Positions 1 to 13,628 of a stretch of 64,000 bases of DNA are shown here, one piece after another. This stretch comes from Mizuhopecten yessoensis (Eukaryota): NCBI RefSeq assembly GCF_002113885.1, contig NW_018408858.1, forward strand, positions 457,796-521,795, written 5' to 3'. Position numbers and translations under genes: made by a program. Every line of letters starts with the position of its first letter. Position 1 is the first letter of the stretch. Below the pieces are notes generated by a model that ran no database searches, had not been told where the DNA came from, and worked only from the letters and a program-made list of their open reading frames with translations.

Positions 1-960
1 ATATACGTATATATCGTGACTAGACACTGTGTCATAGTAGATATACGTATATATCGTGACTAGACAATGTATCATAGTAGATATACGTATATATCGTGAC
101 TAGACACTGTGTCATAGTATATATACGTATATATCGTGACTAGACAATGTATCATAGTAGATATACGTATGTATCGTGACTAGACAATGTCTCATAGTAG
201 ATATACGTATTGTATCGTGACTAGACACTGTGTCATAGTAGATATACGTATTGTATCGTGACTAGACAATGTGTCATAGTAGGGAAACGTATTGTATCGT
301 GACTAGACAATGTGTCATAGTAGGCATACGTATTGTATCGTGACTAGACGATGTGTCACAATAGGGATACGTATTGTATCGTGACCAGAAAGTGTGTCAC
401 AGAAAGGATACGTATTGTATAATAATGTAATAATATAAAACATTTGATATAGCGCCCTATCTAGCTTACATAAGCCACTCTCAAGCGCTTTACAGTACAT
501 ATATATACAATTAATATAATTAGGATATACAATTTTGAAGAATTCGCAGGAGCTTTCTTATCAGGCGCTAACTACTAGTCCAATGCCAACTGGCAAGTAT
601 TTCCCTTTGTGTGTATGCCTGCGTGTATGCTGGAGATGTATTGTGTTCTGTTTGTAGTGGGACCGTGCTTCCAACGGCATCTTTTATAGTGCCACCTCAC
701 TTGAATGCTACATCACAGATACCGCAACATCCACCCCAGACCATTTTATTATCCACCTGGGTTGTTGGAGTTGTTTGGGCAGGAGAAAAGCGCTTTCTCT
801 AATATTCCATGCGTGGAAGGCCGAAGTGTTAACCGCTCGACCAATCCGCCCATTCACATTTCGCGACTAGAAGTTTAAGTGGATTTAATGTATCATTACT
901 AGACAATATTACGCGGTAGGGAAAATGCATTGCCCTACGACTAGACAATATGCCATGGTG
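1..960. repeat. 40-41 bp satellite array (ATATACGTATTGTATCGTGACTAGACAATGTGTCATAGTAG), interrupted by a SINE at 421-851; degenerate units resume at about 860-960
   Basis: About 10 clear tandem units at 1-420. GACTAGACAAT cores recur after the SINE. Shares the core TATTGTATCnTGACTAGACAATGT with the 15.1-22.2 kb array. Confidence 0.9.
421..851 (-). mobile_element. tRNA-derived SINE (copy 1) with L2/CR1-like 3' tail
   Basis: Reverse complement starts GGGCGGATTGGTCGAGCGGTTAAC (tRNA A-box-like head) and ends ...AAAGCGCTTGAG...GATAGGGCGCTATATCAAATG plus a TTA-rich tail. Homologous along its length to 9170-9664. Confidence 0.85.
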
Positions 961-1534
961 GACATGTTTTGCTAAATACACTAACTAAATTATACATCCT
1001 AGAGCGAAAACGAAGAAGGTAAAACTTCGGAACCTTGTCCCAATACTATGTTTTCATTATAAGAAGGATTAGGTAACAAGTTCGTTTTTTCGGAAGAATA
1101 CATCAGCATGCAGATGTGTACGCTCACACAATACATATTGTCATCCTAAAAAATGTTTGATGGGGACTCATATTTTTAGGACTTTTTCATTCCTATGGTT
1201 AAGAATAGGGAAATCCATCCCAGTAGTATTCCAATTTTGTAAATCCTAGGCTTGCCGAGAGTTTTGTCTAATTTAAAAAAGCTGTGGTTGGCATTTCCAT
1301 GTCCTGCACTCCTGGGCATGAATGAGTATTTTTCTTTTCTACCAATGATCGGAATAAGCTCAGTAACCATGCGTTTTGACCGGCTACAATTTGGAAAATT
1401 TCCTGTTTTGCTGAGCTTATTGAACCTGCACAAATTGGACAGCGAGATCTAATATACCCTATTCCTCTTTGTAAATAAAAAGAATTTCATCTTTCTGACC
1501 TATATGGTAAATGTGTTTTAAATAAATTTAATTT

Positions 1535-2400
1535 TGTCAACTTTGAAGGTTACACAGGGTAAGATATGTCAAAAATGTCAAATGACTTCTTCTGAAGAAC
1601 CAAAAGGCACAGACCCATGATACCTGGATGATAGCTATGAAGAAAGGGACCTGATAAAGTCTGAGGATAAAACTTATTATGACCTATTTTGAAGTCCGCA
1701 GGGATCAAATGCATACATATCAAAAGCTTCAAAACACTTCTTCACACTCAGTAAAAGTTAAATGGTTAGACTGGTGTAGGGCTTTATATGACATTTCGAA
1801 ATTGTAACCCCCAAAATCATAGAAAAAACTATTCTCATATTCTTCCAATTAGAACAAAATCCCTCCCCCTAAAAGCCGAATGAAGTTCGATGACCAACAA
1901 GCTATCACCTCTAGGGGTTAAGGGCGGGACCCCACTCTGGAAACATAGGTACATATATTAAATCCTTCTTTTTGATTTCAGGTAAAATAATCTGAACCGG
2001 AATCTGGCCTGGAGCATACATTGGTTAAAGGGACACATTGTATCAGAGATGGGTGTGACCATTCTGGGGGCATAGGGGAAGGGTGTAATGGGGGATGAAA
2101 AAGGTAAATTGTTAAATCATACTCATTGAGTACAGGTTAAGACAATTAAGTTCATTTTGGAGAGTCCTTTACCTAAAGGAGATTCATCTTTGTATAAGAG
2201 AATGAGGTCCGGTAGGAGAAATAACAGAAAATCTTAATTTGATCCTGAGGATCCTTAGGTTTTTCTTTTATTGACATTTTGTTGCAGGGAAAAAATAATT
2301 TTGACAAGACGTTTAGAAAATGATCATAGGAAAATCGTTGCTCTACGTACTTGTAACAGGAGAGGGAAAAATGCACAGCCAGAACGGGACCTCCACACTC
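1535..2400 (+). mobile_element. Degenerate HINE/Helentron-like non-autonomous element core repeats
   Basis: Typical bivalve core-repeat motif AAATGACTTCTTCTGAAGAACCAAAAGGCACAGACCCATGATACCTGG. An inverted copy of about 1535-1665 lies at about 4553-4682. Family assignment is from recollection, not a search. Confidence 0.5.
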
Positions 2401-2504
2401 TAGACGGATGCTCATTGGCCTCTTTTTTTATACCTATACATCTAGCCATCTTTGAAGGTTACATACATTTAACAAGAGATTGGGCTTCTTTTTGTGATTT
2501 AAAT

Positions 2505-3977
2505 AAAGCTATTTTCGGAGTCTGCTAGGTGTGCGAAATAAAGCTACATAATGTTTCGTTGGAGTCTGCGTTGTGTGTTAAAGCTTAATACTATTTCATC
2601 GGAGACTGCTTTGTGTGCGAAATAAAGCTACATAATGTTTCGTTGGAGTCTACGTTGTGTGTTAAAGCTTACTACTATTTCATCGGAGACTGCTTTGTGT
2701 GTTAAAGCTTACTACTATTTCATCGGAGACTGCTTTGTGTGTTAAAGCTTACTACTATTTCATCGGAGACTGCTTTGTGTGTTAAAGCTTACTACTATTT
2801 CATCGGAGACTGCTTTGTGTGTTAAAGCTTACTACTATTTCATCGGAGACTGCTTTGTGTGTTAAAGCTTACTACTATTTCATCGGAGACTGCTTTGTGT
2901 GTTAAAGCTTACTACTATTTCATCGGAGACTGCTTTGTGTGTTAAAGCTTACTACTATTTCATCGGAGACTGCTTTGTGTGTTAAAGCTTACTACTATTT
3001 CATCGGAGACTGCTTTGTGTGTTAAAGCTTACTACTATTTCATCGGAGACTGCTTTGTGTGTTAAAGCTTACTACTATTTCATCGGAGACTGCTTTGTGT
3101 GTTAAAGCTTACTACTATTTCATCGGAGACTGCTTTGTGTGTTAAAGCTTACTACTATTTCATCGGAGACTGCTTTGTGTGTTAAAGCTTACTACTATTT
3201 CATCGGAGACTGCTTTGTGTGTTAAAGCTTACTACTATTTCATCGGAGACTGCTTTGTGTGTTAAAGCTTACTACTATTTCATCGGAGACTGCTTTGTGT
3301 GTTAAAGCTTACTACTATTTCATCGGAGACTGCTTTGTGTGTTAAAGCTTACTACTATTTCATCGGAGACTGCTTTGTGTGTTAAAGCTTACTACTATTT
3401 CATCGGAGACTGCTTTGTGTGTTAAAGCTTACTACTATTTCATCGGAGACTGCTTTGTGTGTTAAAGCTTACTACTATTTCATCGGAGACTGCTTTGTGT
3501 GTTAAAGCTTACTACTATTTCATCGGAGACTGCTTTGTGTGTTAAAGCTTACTACTATTTCATCGGAGACTGCTTTGTGTGTTAAAGCTTACTACTATTT
3601 CATCGGAGACTGCTTTGTGTGTTAAAGCTTACTACTATTTCATCGGAGACTGCTTTGTGTGTTAAAGCTTACTACTATTTCATCGGAGACTGCTTTGTGT
3701 GTTAAAGCTTACTACTATTTCATCGGAGACTGCTTTGTGTGTTAAAGCTTACTACTATTTCATCGGAGACTGCTTTGTGTGTTAAAGCTTACTACTATTT
3801 CATCGGAGACTGCTTTGTGTGTTAAAGCTTACTACTATTTCATCGGAGACTGCTTTGTGTGTTAAAGCTTACTACTATTTCATCGGAGACTGCTTTGTGT
3901 GTTAAAGCTTACTACTATTTCATCGGAGACTGCTTTGTGTGTTAAAGCTTAATACTATTTCATCGGAGACTGCTTTG
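2505..3977. repeat. 40-bp minisatellite (GTTAAAGCTTACTACTATTTCATCGGAGACTGCTTTGTGT), about 33 essentially identical copies preceded by alternating diverged units
   Basis: Exact 40-bp periodicity is visible from about 2661 to 3977. Diverged A/B dimer units lie at 2505-2660. Confidence 0.97.
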
Positions 3978-4102
3978 CAGGAATAGTGTCTTTTCCTTCG
4001 TTTTATTATTCTTGGGGGGAAAAATACGCAACAACAGTCAACTGCATTAAGGAAAATTTAGTTAGATTCGGAAATTACAATGTAATGAAGCTTAAGATAA
4101 AA

Positions 4103-7100
4103 TTACAAAATGTTATCCAGTTCCTTCTTGGTTTTTCTTTTCAAATCTTTGAAGAAATCAGAAGTGGCTTCTTCACAGTTTAGTAGCCATTCACACGTGT
4201 CGTCCTCTCCTCTCATGCATGCTGCATGCTCACAAGAAGTTGTTTTGTCATAGTTACAAATGTCACGGGCTGTTGCCTTTGGTGGAATTAATCCCCAAGT
4301 CTCGTTGATCTGAAATGAAATGAGTTACAAATAAATCTACAGAACTATTTAAAGCAGCATCATATTGTATACTTATTAATCCTTTGTGGTAAAATTGCTG
4401 TTTGTTCCACTAGGCAAACTTTGTCATACCACAATAGTGTTCCCTTGCTAATTGAACACTGAACACCTGTTATCTTTTCGCCCAATTATAATGATATTGT
4501 CCACAAGCTCACTGAACAATCCTTTGTAATACGCTGTCCTCGAGTCCACTAGAGGACTTTATCAGGTTCCTTTCTTCAAAGCTATCAACCAAGTATCATG
4601 GGTCTAGGCCTTTTGGTTCTTTGGAAAAAGTCGTTTGACGTTTTTGACATATCTTACCCTGTGTAACCTTCAAAGTTGACGAAAGTCGGACAGATAAACG
4701 TCATTGAGCCAATTAAATAACGTCTTTGGAAAACGCTGTCCTCGAGCCTACTAAACAACTACTTTGTGATACACTGTTCTCGAGCCCACTAAATAACTCC
4801 TTTGTAATACGCTGTTCTCGAGCCTACTAAACAACTCCTTTGTAATACGCTGTTCTCGAGCCTACTAAACAACTCCTTTGTAATACGCAGTCCTCCAGCC
4901 CACTAAACAACTCCTTTGTAGTACGCTGTTCTCGAGCCTACTAACCAACTCCTTTGTGATACGCTGTTCTCGAGCCTACTAAATAACTCCTTTGTGATAC
5001 GCTGTTCTCGAGCCTACTAAACAACTCCTTTGTAAAACGTTGTCCTCGAGTTTACTAAATAATTCCTGTGTAACACACTGTCCGCTAGCCCACTAAACAA
5101 CTCCTTTGTAATACGCTGTACTCGAGCCAACAGCCCACGAAACAACTATTTTGTAACACGTTTACACTCCCCTTGTGCCAACTAAACATCTCCCTTATGA
5201 TACACTGCCCTCGTGCCTACTAAACATCTCCCTTATTATACACTGCCCTCGTGCCTACTAAACATTTCCCTTATGATACACTGCCCTCGTGCCAACTAAA
5301 CATCTCCCTTATGATACCCTGCCCTCGTGCCTACTAAACATCTCCCTTATTATACACTGCCCTCGTGCCTACTAAACATTTCCCTTATGATACACTGCCC
5401 TCGTGCCTACTTAATATCTCCCTTATGATACACTGCCCTCCTGCCTCCTAAAAATCTCCCTTATGCTACACTGCCCTCGTGCCTACTAAACATATGCCTT
5501 ATGTTACACTGCCCTCGGGCCTACTAAATATTTCCCTTAAACTACACTCCCCTCGTGCCACTAAACATTTCCCCTATGATACACTGCCCTCGTGCCTACT
5601 AAATATCTCCCTTATGATACACTGCCCTCCTGCCTCCTAAAAATCTCCCTTATGCTACACTGCCCTCGTGCCTACTAAACATATGCCTTATGTTACACTG
5701 CCCTCGGGCCTACTAAATATTGCCCTTAAACTACACTCTCCGCGTGCCACTAAACATCTCCCTTATGATACACTGCCCTCGTGCCTACTAAATATCTCCC
5801 TTATGATACACTGCCCTCGTGCCTCCTAAAAATCTCCCTTATGTTACACTGCCCTCGTGCCTACTAAACATCTCCCTAATGATACACTGCCCTCGTGCCA
5901 CTAAGCAACTGTTTTTGTGATATACCTTTAGCACTGCTCTCATATCCAATGAGCATCTTCCTTGAGATAGAGTAACTTATGGAAATGTATAATCGAGGCG
6001 CCTCAGTCTGTCATTTGATCGTCCAGTACAACCGGAAGCGAGCATTGTGTCTGCATGTTGATTAGCGTACCAAACTAAACGTTTAACTAGAAACACTATC
6101 CCGCCCTCTTCCATTTCTTTAGTCAACTTGTTTCGCAGAGAAAATAACATTTTAGAGCTGTCATACATACAAAAACAAAAACAAAACCGTTCACTTAAGC
6201 GTATCTTAAGATATAAATATCTTACATAGCAGCTGCAATCGTAGTTTCCAAGAAGGCCGTTATACCTGCTGGACGTCATCGATTCAAAATTTTCTGTCCA
6301 CATACAGGAATTCACTAGGTACTCATTGTCACTGTTCACATATCCTATTTTGAAGAGAAAAAAAAATTGGAATATAACTTGTCTCTTGAATCAGTACAAT
6401 TAAAATGTCATTCCCGCACCTAGCGCCAGCTATTGGCATAAACATTCCAAAGAGAAAATAATTCAGTAATTACAACCCAATTCCTAACGTCAAACGGCTG
6501 TACTTATATCTACTTCACCTATGTCGCCTTGGTTTGATACAATTAACCGTTTCTCTGATAACAGAGTTGTGATATACTGAAGACGAGCGTAATTTGAAAT
6601 GTATACATAATATTTGTACACGTACACGATTACTAAACCATTGACTCTTTATTCATTATCAACAGGTTAAACTAATAATACAGTGGTTAAGTGGTTTTAC
6701 AAACACCAGATGTTATAGAATAGTATCCTTTTGATGCAACTTCCAAAACAATACTCTCTTTCTACTCAAACATTAGGAATGTTCTCAGTACAAATACATC
6801 AATGGGGACGTAATTCTCAGTGAATTGTAAGCATTCTCCTTGCAGTTATTGCATTTGTCATTTGTTAGTTCAAAATTGATTCTAAAATATTGCCTCCGAG
6901 AAAGAAACAGACTTTTCTTTTTTTTGACCTGGCACATATTTGGAACTCATACAGTATCCTACATGGACCCTTTAAACGTATAAAACACTATCGGTGATTA
7001 TGAATGCCATTTCATTTTCTAATTATCCATCCTATTCGAGCATACCATAAGCGTTAGGAGCTTGGCAGCTTGCCAATTATACAAATCAAACAAATAAATG

Positions 7101-10100
7101 GTATGTTGATCTTTGGTAGAATAATTGCGACATGGGTTTTAAAAAAAATAGAACATGTTAGGTATTGATGGCGTGTCAAACGTTGCAATATTCAATAACT
7201 TTATATTAATGTTCGAAATTATATTTTTGTGTTCAATAATTGTAAAGATATATGATTTATATATGTATTTAAAAATTGTAAATATATGTGCAATAATTTA
7301 TATTTGTTTTCAATAATTGTAGATGTGCAAGAAAAAAAGAATATGTTCGATGAAAAAAGTGTATATATGCAATAAAATAATATTCATGCTCAATAAAAAA
7401 TATATTTTGACATGGCATAGGTATTCGAATTGACAAACCTTTCCTTGGCGGAATTCTACGTGCCGCCGAGACCACTACGATTAATGTACTGAAACCTGCA
7501 TTTCAGTCTAGGTATGGATACATCTTTACGTTATCGTAACACAAATTAAAACCAATGTTTTCACATGCGAACCAAAACGAAATTTGGCTGATAGATAAAA
7601 CCGGTTAAATAACATGTTTTAAACCTTGTTTAGTTTTAGTTCATGAATATGGCATAAATCTGATATAAAACGTAAACATTTTCAATTTATCCCGTCTTTG
7701 ACATATCATTATCGATTAAATAATTCATAATTTATTATGGTTACACACATATCTCTTAGTGTATATATTACAACACCAAAAATAATTATCAACGGCTTTG
7801 CCCTGTTGGAAAATTGACCCCCTGTCAAAGAATTACCCGCCTTATACTCCAAACTCCTGAGCAGGAACGAATGATCAAAGCATTATACTTTTAAAGCTCT
7901 CAAACTTTGCAAAGTTGATCAATGTCACAGTATGTAATCTTATTGCATTATTTCACACTGACATACCTGTTATCATGTAGTACTCCCCCGTTACTAAGCT
8001 GAGCTCGCACAAAGTAGGCCCTTTGTGTGATATCAATTCTAGGTGTGTCTTGTCAGTATAGCCTCCGGGGAACTTAAACAAAGATTAATGTCAGATGGAA
8101 AGGTCAATCAGGTAAAAGCAAAAATGCACTGGTTTACTAGGTAACTGACGTATTTAGCTACCAATGTTGTAGTGACCGTCAACGTTAACAATGGCCTGAT
8201 AGGCAAAGCCTAGCTATCATGGCTTATTAGTCACTGTTTTCTTTTCTCAAAAGCATCATTCAAGCCCTTTCATCCCATTGGATAAAAAGGAGGCTCTGAA
8301 GAAGTGAATCAATCGTAACATGTAAAAATTAACTCACTATTAAATACTCTTCCTTCTTTGTTCTTTCATTGATTGCGGAATGTCACAGTTTAATTAATTT
8401 TGACAATAAACAGTTGATTCGTTCTCCAGAGTCTAGCAAAAGAAATTCATAACAGTGGCGTTATGTTGACCTTTTAAGCTACCTAGTCACGGTTTCTGTT
8501 CACTTACAAAACTCTCAGAAGGGTCTCTGGTGACACTGAAGTGTCCCCCCNNNNNNNNNNNNNNNNNNNNNNNNNNNNNNNNNNNNNNNNNNNNNNNNNN
8601 NNNNNNNNNNNNNNNNNNNNNNNNNNNNNNNNNNNNNNNNNNNNNNNNNNNNNNNNNNNNNNNNNNNNNNNNNNNNNNNNNNNNNNNNNNNNNNNNNNNN
8701 NNNNNNNNNNNNNNNNNNNNNNNNNNNNNNNNNNNNNNNNNNNNNNNNNNNNNNNNNNNNNNNNNNNNNNNNNNNNNNNNNNNNNNNNNNNNNNNNNNNN
8801 NNNNNNNNNCCCCTTTAATCCTGCTAAACCCAAAGGTTTCTGTTCAATTATAAACTTGTCAAGCCAAAGAGTTATATTCACTTATAAACTTTGTAAGCCA
8901 GGGGTTTCTGTTCAAATATTAACTTGATAAGTCAGGGGTTTCTGTTCACTTGTACACTTCACAGCCCGGGGTATCTGATCACTAAAAAACTTGCTAAACC
9001 AATTCTTTCTGTTATATTATAAACTTGCCAAGCCCAGGGTTTCTGTTCAATTTTGAAAACTTGTTATTCGAGAGGTTTTTGCTTACTAATGAACTACTAA
9101 ACCCGGGGATACTGCACATTGACATTCATTTATTTTTTAAATTATTTATTAAATCATTCCATCCATAATGGGCGGATTGGTCGAGTGGTTAACACTCAAG
9201 CCTTCCACGCAGGCGGCCGGTAATCGATCCCCGAAGTCGTCGTACGCATGGAATATTAAGAGAAAGTGCTTGTCTCCTGCCCTCGTACAGCAACATCCAA
9301 CCCATGTGGAGTATACAATGGCCTGTGTTGGATGTTGCGTAATCTGTGCCGTTGCATTCTAGTGAGGTGGCACTGTAAATGATACCGTTGGAAGCACGGT
9401 CCCACTACAAACTGGACACAATGCATCTCCAGCACACACGCAGGCCTACACACATAGGGATATATTAGCCAGGTGGCATAGGACAAGTAATTAGCGCCTG
9501 ATAAGTCAGCTCAAGCGAATTCCTCAAAATTGTATTGATTAATGTATAAGCTAATTGTATTGATTATATAACATTATATAGCAATGTACAGTAAAGCGAT
9601 TTAGAGTAGCTTAGTTTAGCTAGATAGGGCGCTATATCAAATGTTGTATATTATTATTATTATTGCTAAGGATCCTTTTTAATAATTATAATAGTTCATA
9701 CATACCCTTAACGTATACTGGATTCCTACGTTGAATCGCCTGTCTTTATTATTCTCAACAATGTCTGTGACGTACCCAACAAGAGCTAAAACGCCAACGA
9801 AAAAATAATTTAAAACAATGAATATATTCATAAAATCTCAAACATATACAATCAATTACATATAAAGTGCCGTTTTGTGTCTAAAGGTGAGAGATATGTG
9901 TTGCCCTTTAAAATGTGGTAGTCCAGATACGTCATTGTTTGAATAAATTATAGTATATGAATATACCAAGATAGGAAATCCTGTTTCACTGTAGGCGAAC
10001 CACTACAAGATTCGACTCTAGTTTTTACAGCGATGATCGGAGGTCCAGGGTTCGAATCCTTGTTTTGCCTCATTGCAATTCAACACTCAGAATACTGTTG

Positions 10101-13100
10101 TTGATTTTGTTTTTTATCATTTCTTTTTGCTTTTTTCATAAACGTTTTTTAAAATTATAAATTACATTCCCTAAATCATTTGTCAAAGCTATCTTCATGT
10201 CGGAAAAATAGCTTCAAATGAAAAAAATGAAAATCAGGAAATTGACAACAAAACAACAAAGAAACCACTGCAAGGTTACAATTTTTGACAATGGTACACG
10301 GATCTTTAAATCTTTTACTGTTACTTTTAGTTTCACAAAATGGGGATAATACCGAAATAAATACGATAGTTGGGACGGTAAAAATGAAATAGCAAGGTAC
10401 TCTAATGAGCGTTATCTAACACATGGAGCTATACATAGCACAAAGATGTACGTCACTACCGAAGATATCTCATTGCTGGACAATAAGGGGTGGTGTAGTT
10501 AAATATCACATAACAATATGACATTTATATACCATTTTTTCTATAATTGAAACTAGTTAATTATTATAACAGTTCACTCATGTAAGACATGTAATCTCTA
10601 TACGGAGGAAATGAAGAATATGTCTGTCTGTCTGTCTGTCTGCACAAATATATAGAATATTTCCCTATAAGACACATGTTCCGACTATAAAACATTTTAT
10701 TTGATTTTAATAATTACCAATGCATCATTGTTGAAAGAGAATGCTCAAAATTAAAATGCACATTAAAATGCACATTTGATTCATTACACTTCTGGAGTAT
10801 ACAGCGTCACGAATACCACTATAATCCTTTTTAAAGGTACATAATAAAAATGACTGGTTTTGGAAAAGATTGCAATAAAGAAAAAAAAATTCAGCGCGCA
10901 GTTCTATATCTAATGTTTAAATGTGAAATAACAAATTTCGTTTCAGCTTGACATGACTCTTGTTTTTAGATCCGCAGACTTCTAAAAATTAAAATGCTTT
11001 TCATCACCGTCTTGCCCCTTTTTGAGTTCCACTCACCTTCTGGAACTTTCACCGCTCTAATGTCACGGTTGGTCGTACCCTCATTTGCTTTTCGACCATA
11101 ATCGGCTACTCGTTTGTCAGTCTGTCGATCATTCAAACGAACCGTAGTCTAAATCGGATGAGGGATTTGCCTTGTATGCCTTAATTCGGGTCGGTTGTTT
11201 CTCTCTTGTCCAAATCGTCCATTGTCAATTTCAATATTATCACGGTATCTATATCCAGTGATTGTCTGTTTCAAGTTCTGAGGCCCTCTATTATTAGGTT
11301 AGAGATTTGTAATTGGTACTAGAATGAAATCACAGTTGCCATAATCACCTCAATGAATCTACTAGTGGTAGATAACAGTTTACCTCGCCCCGGTTTCACA
11401 AAAGTTCGTTAGATGAAGTTATTATTTCCCCTTGCCTATGGCAACTATGTTTTTTTTTGGGGGGGGGGGGATTAAACTGAACGATAAATATCTAAGTTAA
11501 TATGTTTCTTGAAGCCATGGCCTGATTATCTGTCGGTGTCGCAGCTTGATAGGATGCATTCGTTTCCACATCCAGTTCCTGTTCCGGTTTTTCTTTCTTT
11601 CATCATGGTAAGTAACGATGCCTTTGATAAGGGTAAACGGCTTTAAGATATACTTATTGTTCTCCTTCCATACCTGCTGATGCCTTTACTGTCCTGCAGG
11701 GGATCTGAGGGTGACCGTCAAGTAGTTTTGAGCTGAAGATACCAGCAAAAGGTTCATTCAGTGGGAATCTTATTTCTATTTTTGTGACGCATTTCAGTTA
11801 AACCAGTTGCCTACCATTAATTAAACCCCATGTTAAATGACTTAGGTTTAAATCGCACTTTTGAACGGTCAGTTCTGTTCGAAATCACATTCAATATACT
11901 TTAACCTTTCACCGTCTTACGGGTGTAATCTATCGAGTAAAGTAGTAGCAGGTACTGCTGACGGTTTGGGGTAACATTAGACTAGCCGCTCATTATCCTA
12001 GATTTACAGCCCAATGAAACAAGTGTTAATTAACAAGACACCAACAACACAGCATAAGCATCGTTGTGATGCCTCTAGTTTTTTCAAGCATTAACATCGT
12101 ACGAATATTCTTCATATAAGAAATGATCTTTAAACAGTTTCATAATGGTCACAAATATATGCAAGGGGCACCGAGGTTCCCTAACTTTCCACTGCTAAGA
12201 GTGTAAACGTAGAAAAACAACCGCACTGTGCTACCCTCGCTTTCAGCAATGTTTAAATGTTTAGCCAGCAGTATGTGTATTGATGCTATGGTGTAGTTTG
12301 TATGTGTGCGTTTGCGCTATGGTATATGTTCTTTATGCTTGCTAGCGCTATCGTATATTATGTACTTGTGTGTCGATGGAATTGTATCTTTTTCTATTTC
12401 GCATGAAATGTTACAGAATTTCTTTAAGGTTCAGCAAGCCCCCCTGAAAGATGGAATAGTCACCCAAAACTTTGACCACCTGATAAGTAATAAAGATCAA
12501 AATTCAATATCGAAATTCAGATATATAATTTGAATATATTGAACTTGTACTTTAGTTATTAACGTTGTACATATCGACGGTAACATAATCTAAAATAGGG
12601 CATTAAACTCGAAGTGTTCATAAAAACCTTTTAGCCGCATAAAAGCATGTCAATCTTTGCGCCTACATTGAATGCTAGGAAAGGCCGGGTTACGTTTCTT
12701 TGTTATTAGCAGTCGAAATGCATATCGGCTTCAGACCAATATGAAAGATAATCGTAGTTAAATGTCATGACAATTTGTTTTTACCAGAATGAAAATACCA
12801 AACCAACAGCCGTGTTACCATGATGAATAAATGCACTTAACATAAAGTGGGGTTTTTTCTTCTGATAATTTGCGTTGTAATAAAAAAAAGTTACACTTGT
12901 TATAAACTTTTTATAACTTTTCATTTATAATATATTAATCTGTTTAGTTCATTTACAGCAGCACAGAACGTATTTTTTTTTAGATTATTATGTAAAGTGT
13001 GTCTATCACTCTTAGACAAGAATCCTTCGTTTCCTTTTTCGGAGTATGTTAAAATATATTAAGGATTTATGTGGTTTCACATGACCACATCCATATTGAT

Positions 13101-13628
13101 TTCTGGCTGGTATGCTTATCCAAAGCTAATAAAAGAGAAATTATTTTCTGCATGACCTATGTATATAAATGGACTTTAGCTCATTATGTCATTTCGTAAC
13201 ATTCACTTGGGTCGGAAAAATGACGTATTTGTAATAAAATCAATTGAATTGCCTCATTATTGACAAAGTTGGCCTCACTATATACCATTCTATAACTAAT
13301 GCACAAATTGAATATATCCAAATTACATATCTGAATTCTGATGTTTAATGGGTCTTCAAATACCACTTATCAAGGGCTTGACCTTTTGGGTGAACATAAA
13401 TACCAGCATGTTGGGGTTGTTGCTAAAAGTTACAAATTGCTTCACTGCGTTGTCAAGGTGACGATAGTTGGTTAAAGAGTAATTAAACTAAAACTTACCA
13501 AAGCTACTGAGGTGGCAAAAATCTGTTTGTGGGTGAGATTCTGGACAGAAGCACGCGTGAACTTTGTAAAGATCAGGTAAAAATACCCCAAGTACAAACA
13601 CAACTAAGATCTTGTTCATTTCCATCAT
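4103..13628 (-). CDS. TIMP: Tissue inhibitor of metalloproteinases (TIMP-A), 5 coding exons, 213 aa
   Basis: Exons 13628-13499, 9785-9706, 8072-7967, 6344-6226 and 4309-4103 are all GT-AG with compatible phases (642 nt). Translation: MMEMNKILVVFVLGVFLPDLYKVHA|CFCPESHPQTDFCHLSSFALVGYV...GPTLCELSLVTGEYYMITG...NSCMW...YDCSCY...CEHAACMRGEDDTCEW...ELDNIL*. It has a signal peptide, the CxCxxxHPQxxFC signature, 12 Cys and a TIMP-type C-terminal HxAC...CxW motif. AATAAA lies at about 4002-4007 (minus). Confidence 0.93.
4500..5950. repeat. 38-bp minisatellite in TIMP-A intron 4, two sub-arrays (TACGCTGTTCTCGAGCCTACTAAACAACTCCTTTGTAA then TACACTGCCCTCGTGCCTACTAAACATCTCCCTTATGA), with a HINE-like fragment inserted at about 4553-4690
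   Basis: 38-bp periodicity (for example 4808 to 4846). The variant switches at about 5160. Confidence 0.9.
8470..9120. repeat. Degenerate about 32-bp tandem repeat (GGTTTCTGTTCACTTATAAACTTGTCAAGCC) spanning an assembly gap
   Basis: TTTCTGTTCA...AAACTTG units recur on both sides of the N-run at 8551-8809. Confidence 0.7.
8551..8809. other. Assembly gap (N-run) flanked by poly-C
   Basis: 259 Ns. A second small gap at 40602-40617 is also flanked by poly-C. Confidence 0.98.
9170..9664 (+). mobile_element. tRNA-derived SINE (copy 2, full length) in TIMP-A intron 2
   Basis: Head GGGCGGATTGGTCGAGTGGTTAACAC...GGTAATCGATCCCC with A-box and B-box-like motifs. The body is shared with 421-851. The 3' tail is GATAGGGCGCTATATCAAATG followed by (TTA)n. 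Confidence 0.88.

Noticed and set aside
2505-3977. Regular short repeats (also 15090-22220 and 54195-59270) as CRISPR arrays
   Set aside because: The units are contiguous with no unique spacers, there are no cas genes, and the context is eukaryotic and intron-containing.
8504-8927. ORFs of 107-128 aa
   Set aside because: They consist mostly of the N gap.
9990-10075. tRNA-like GGTTCGAATCC motif
   Set aside because: No complete cloverleaf or acceptor stem could be formed. It is probably a decayed repeat head. The SINE heads at 9170 and 851 are likewise not tRNA genes.
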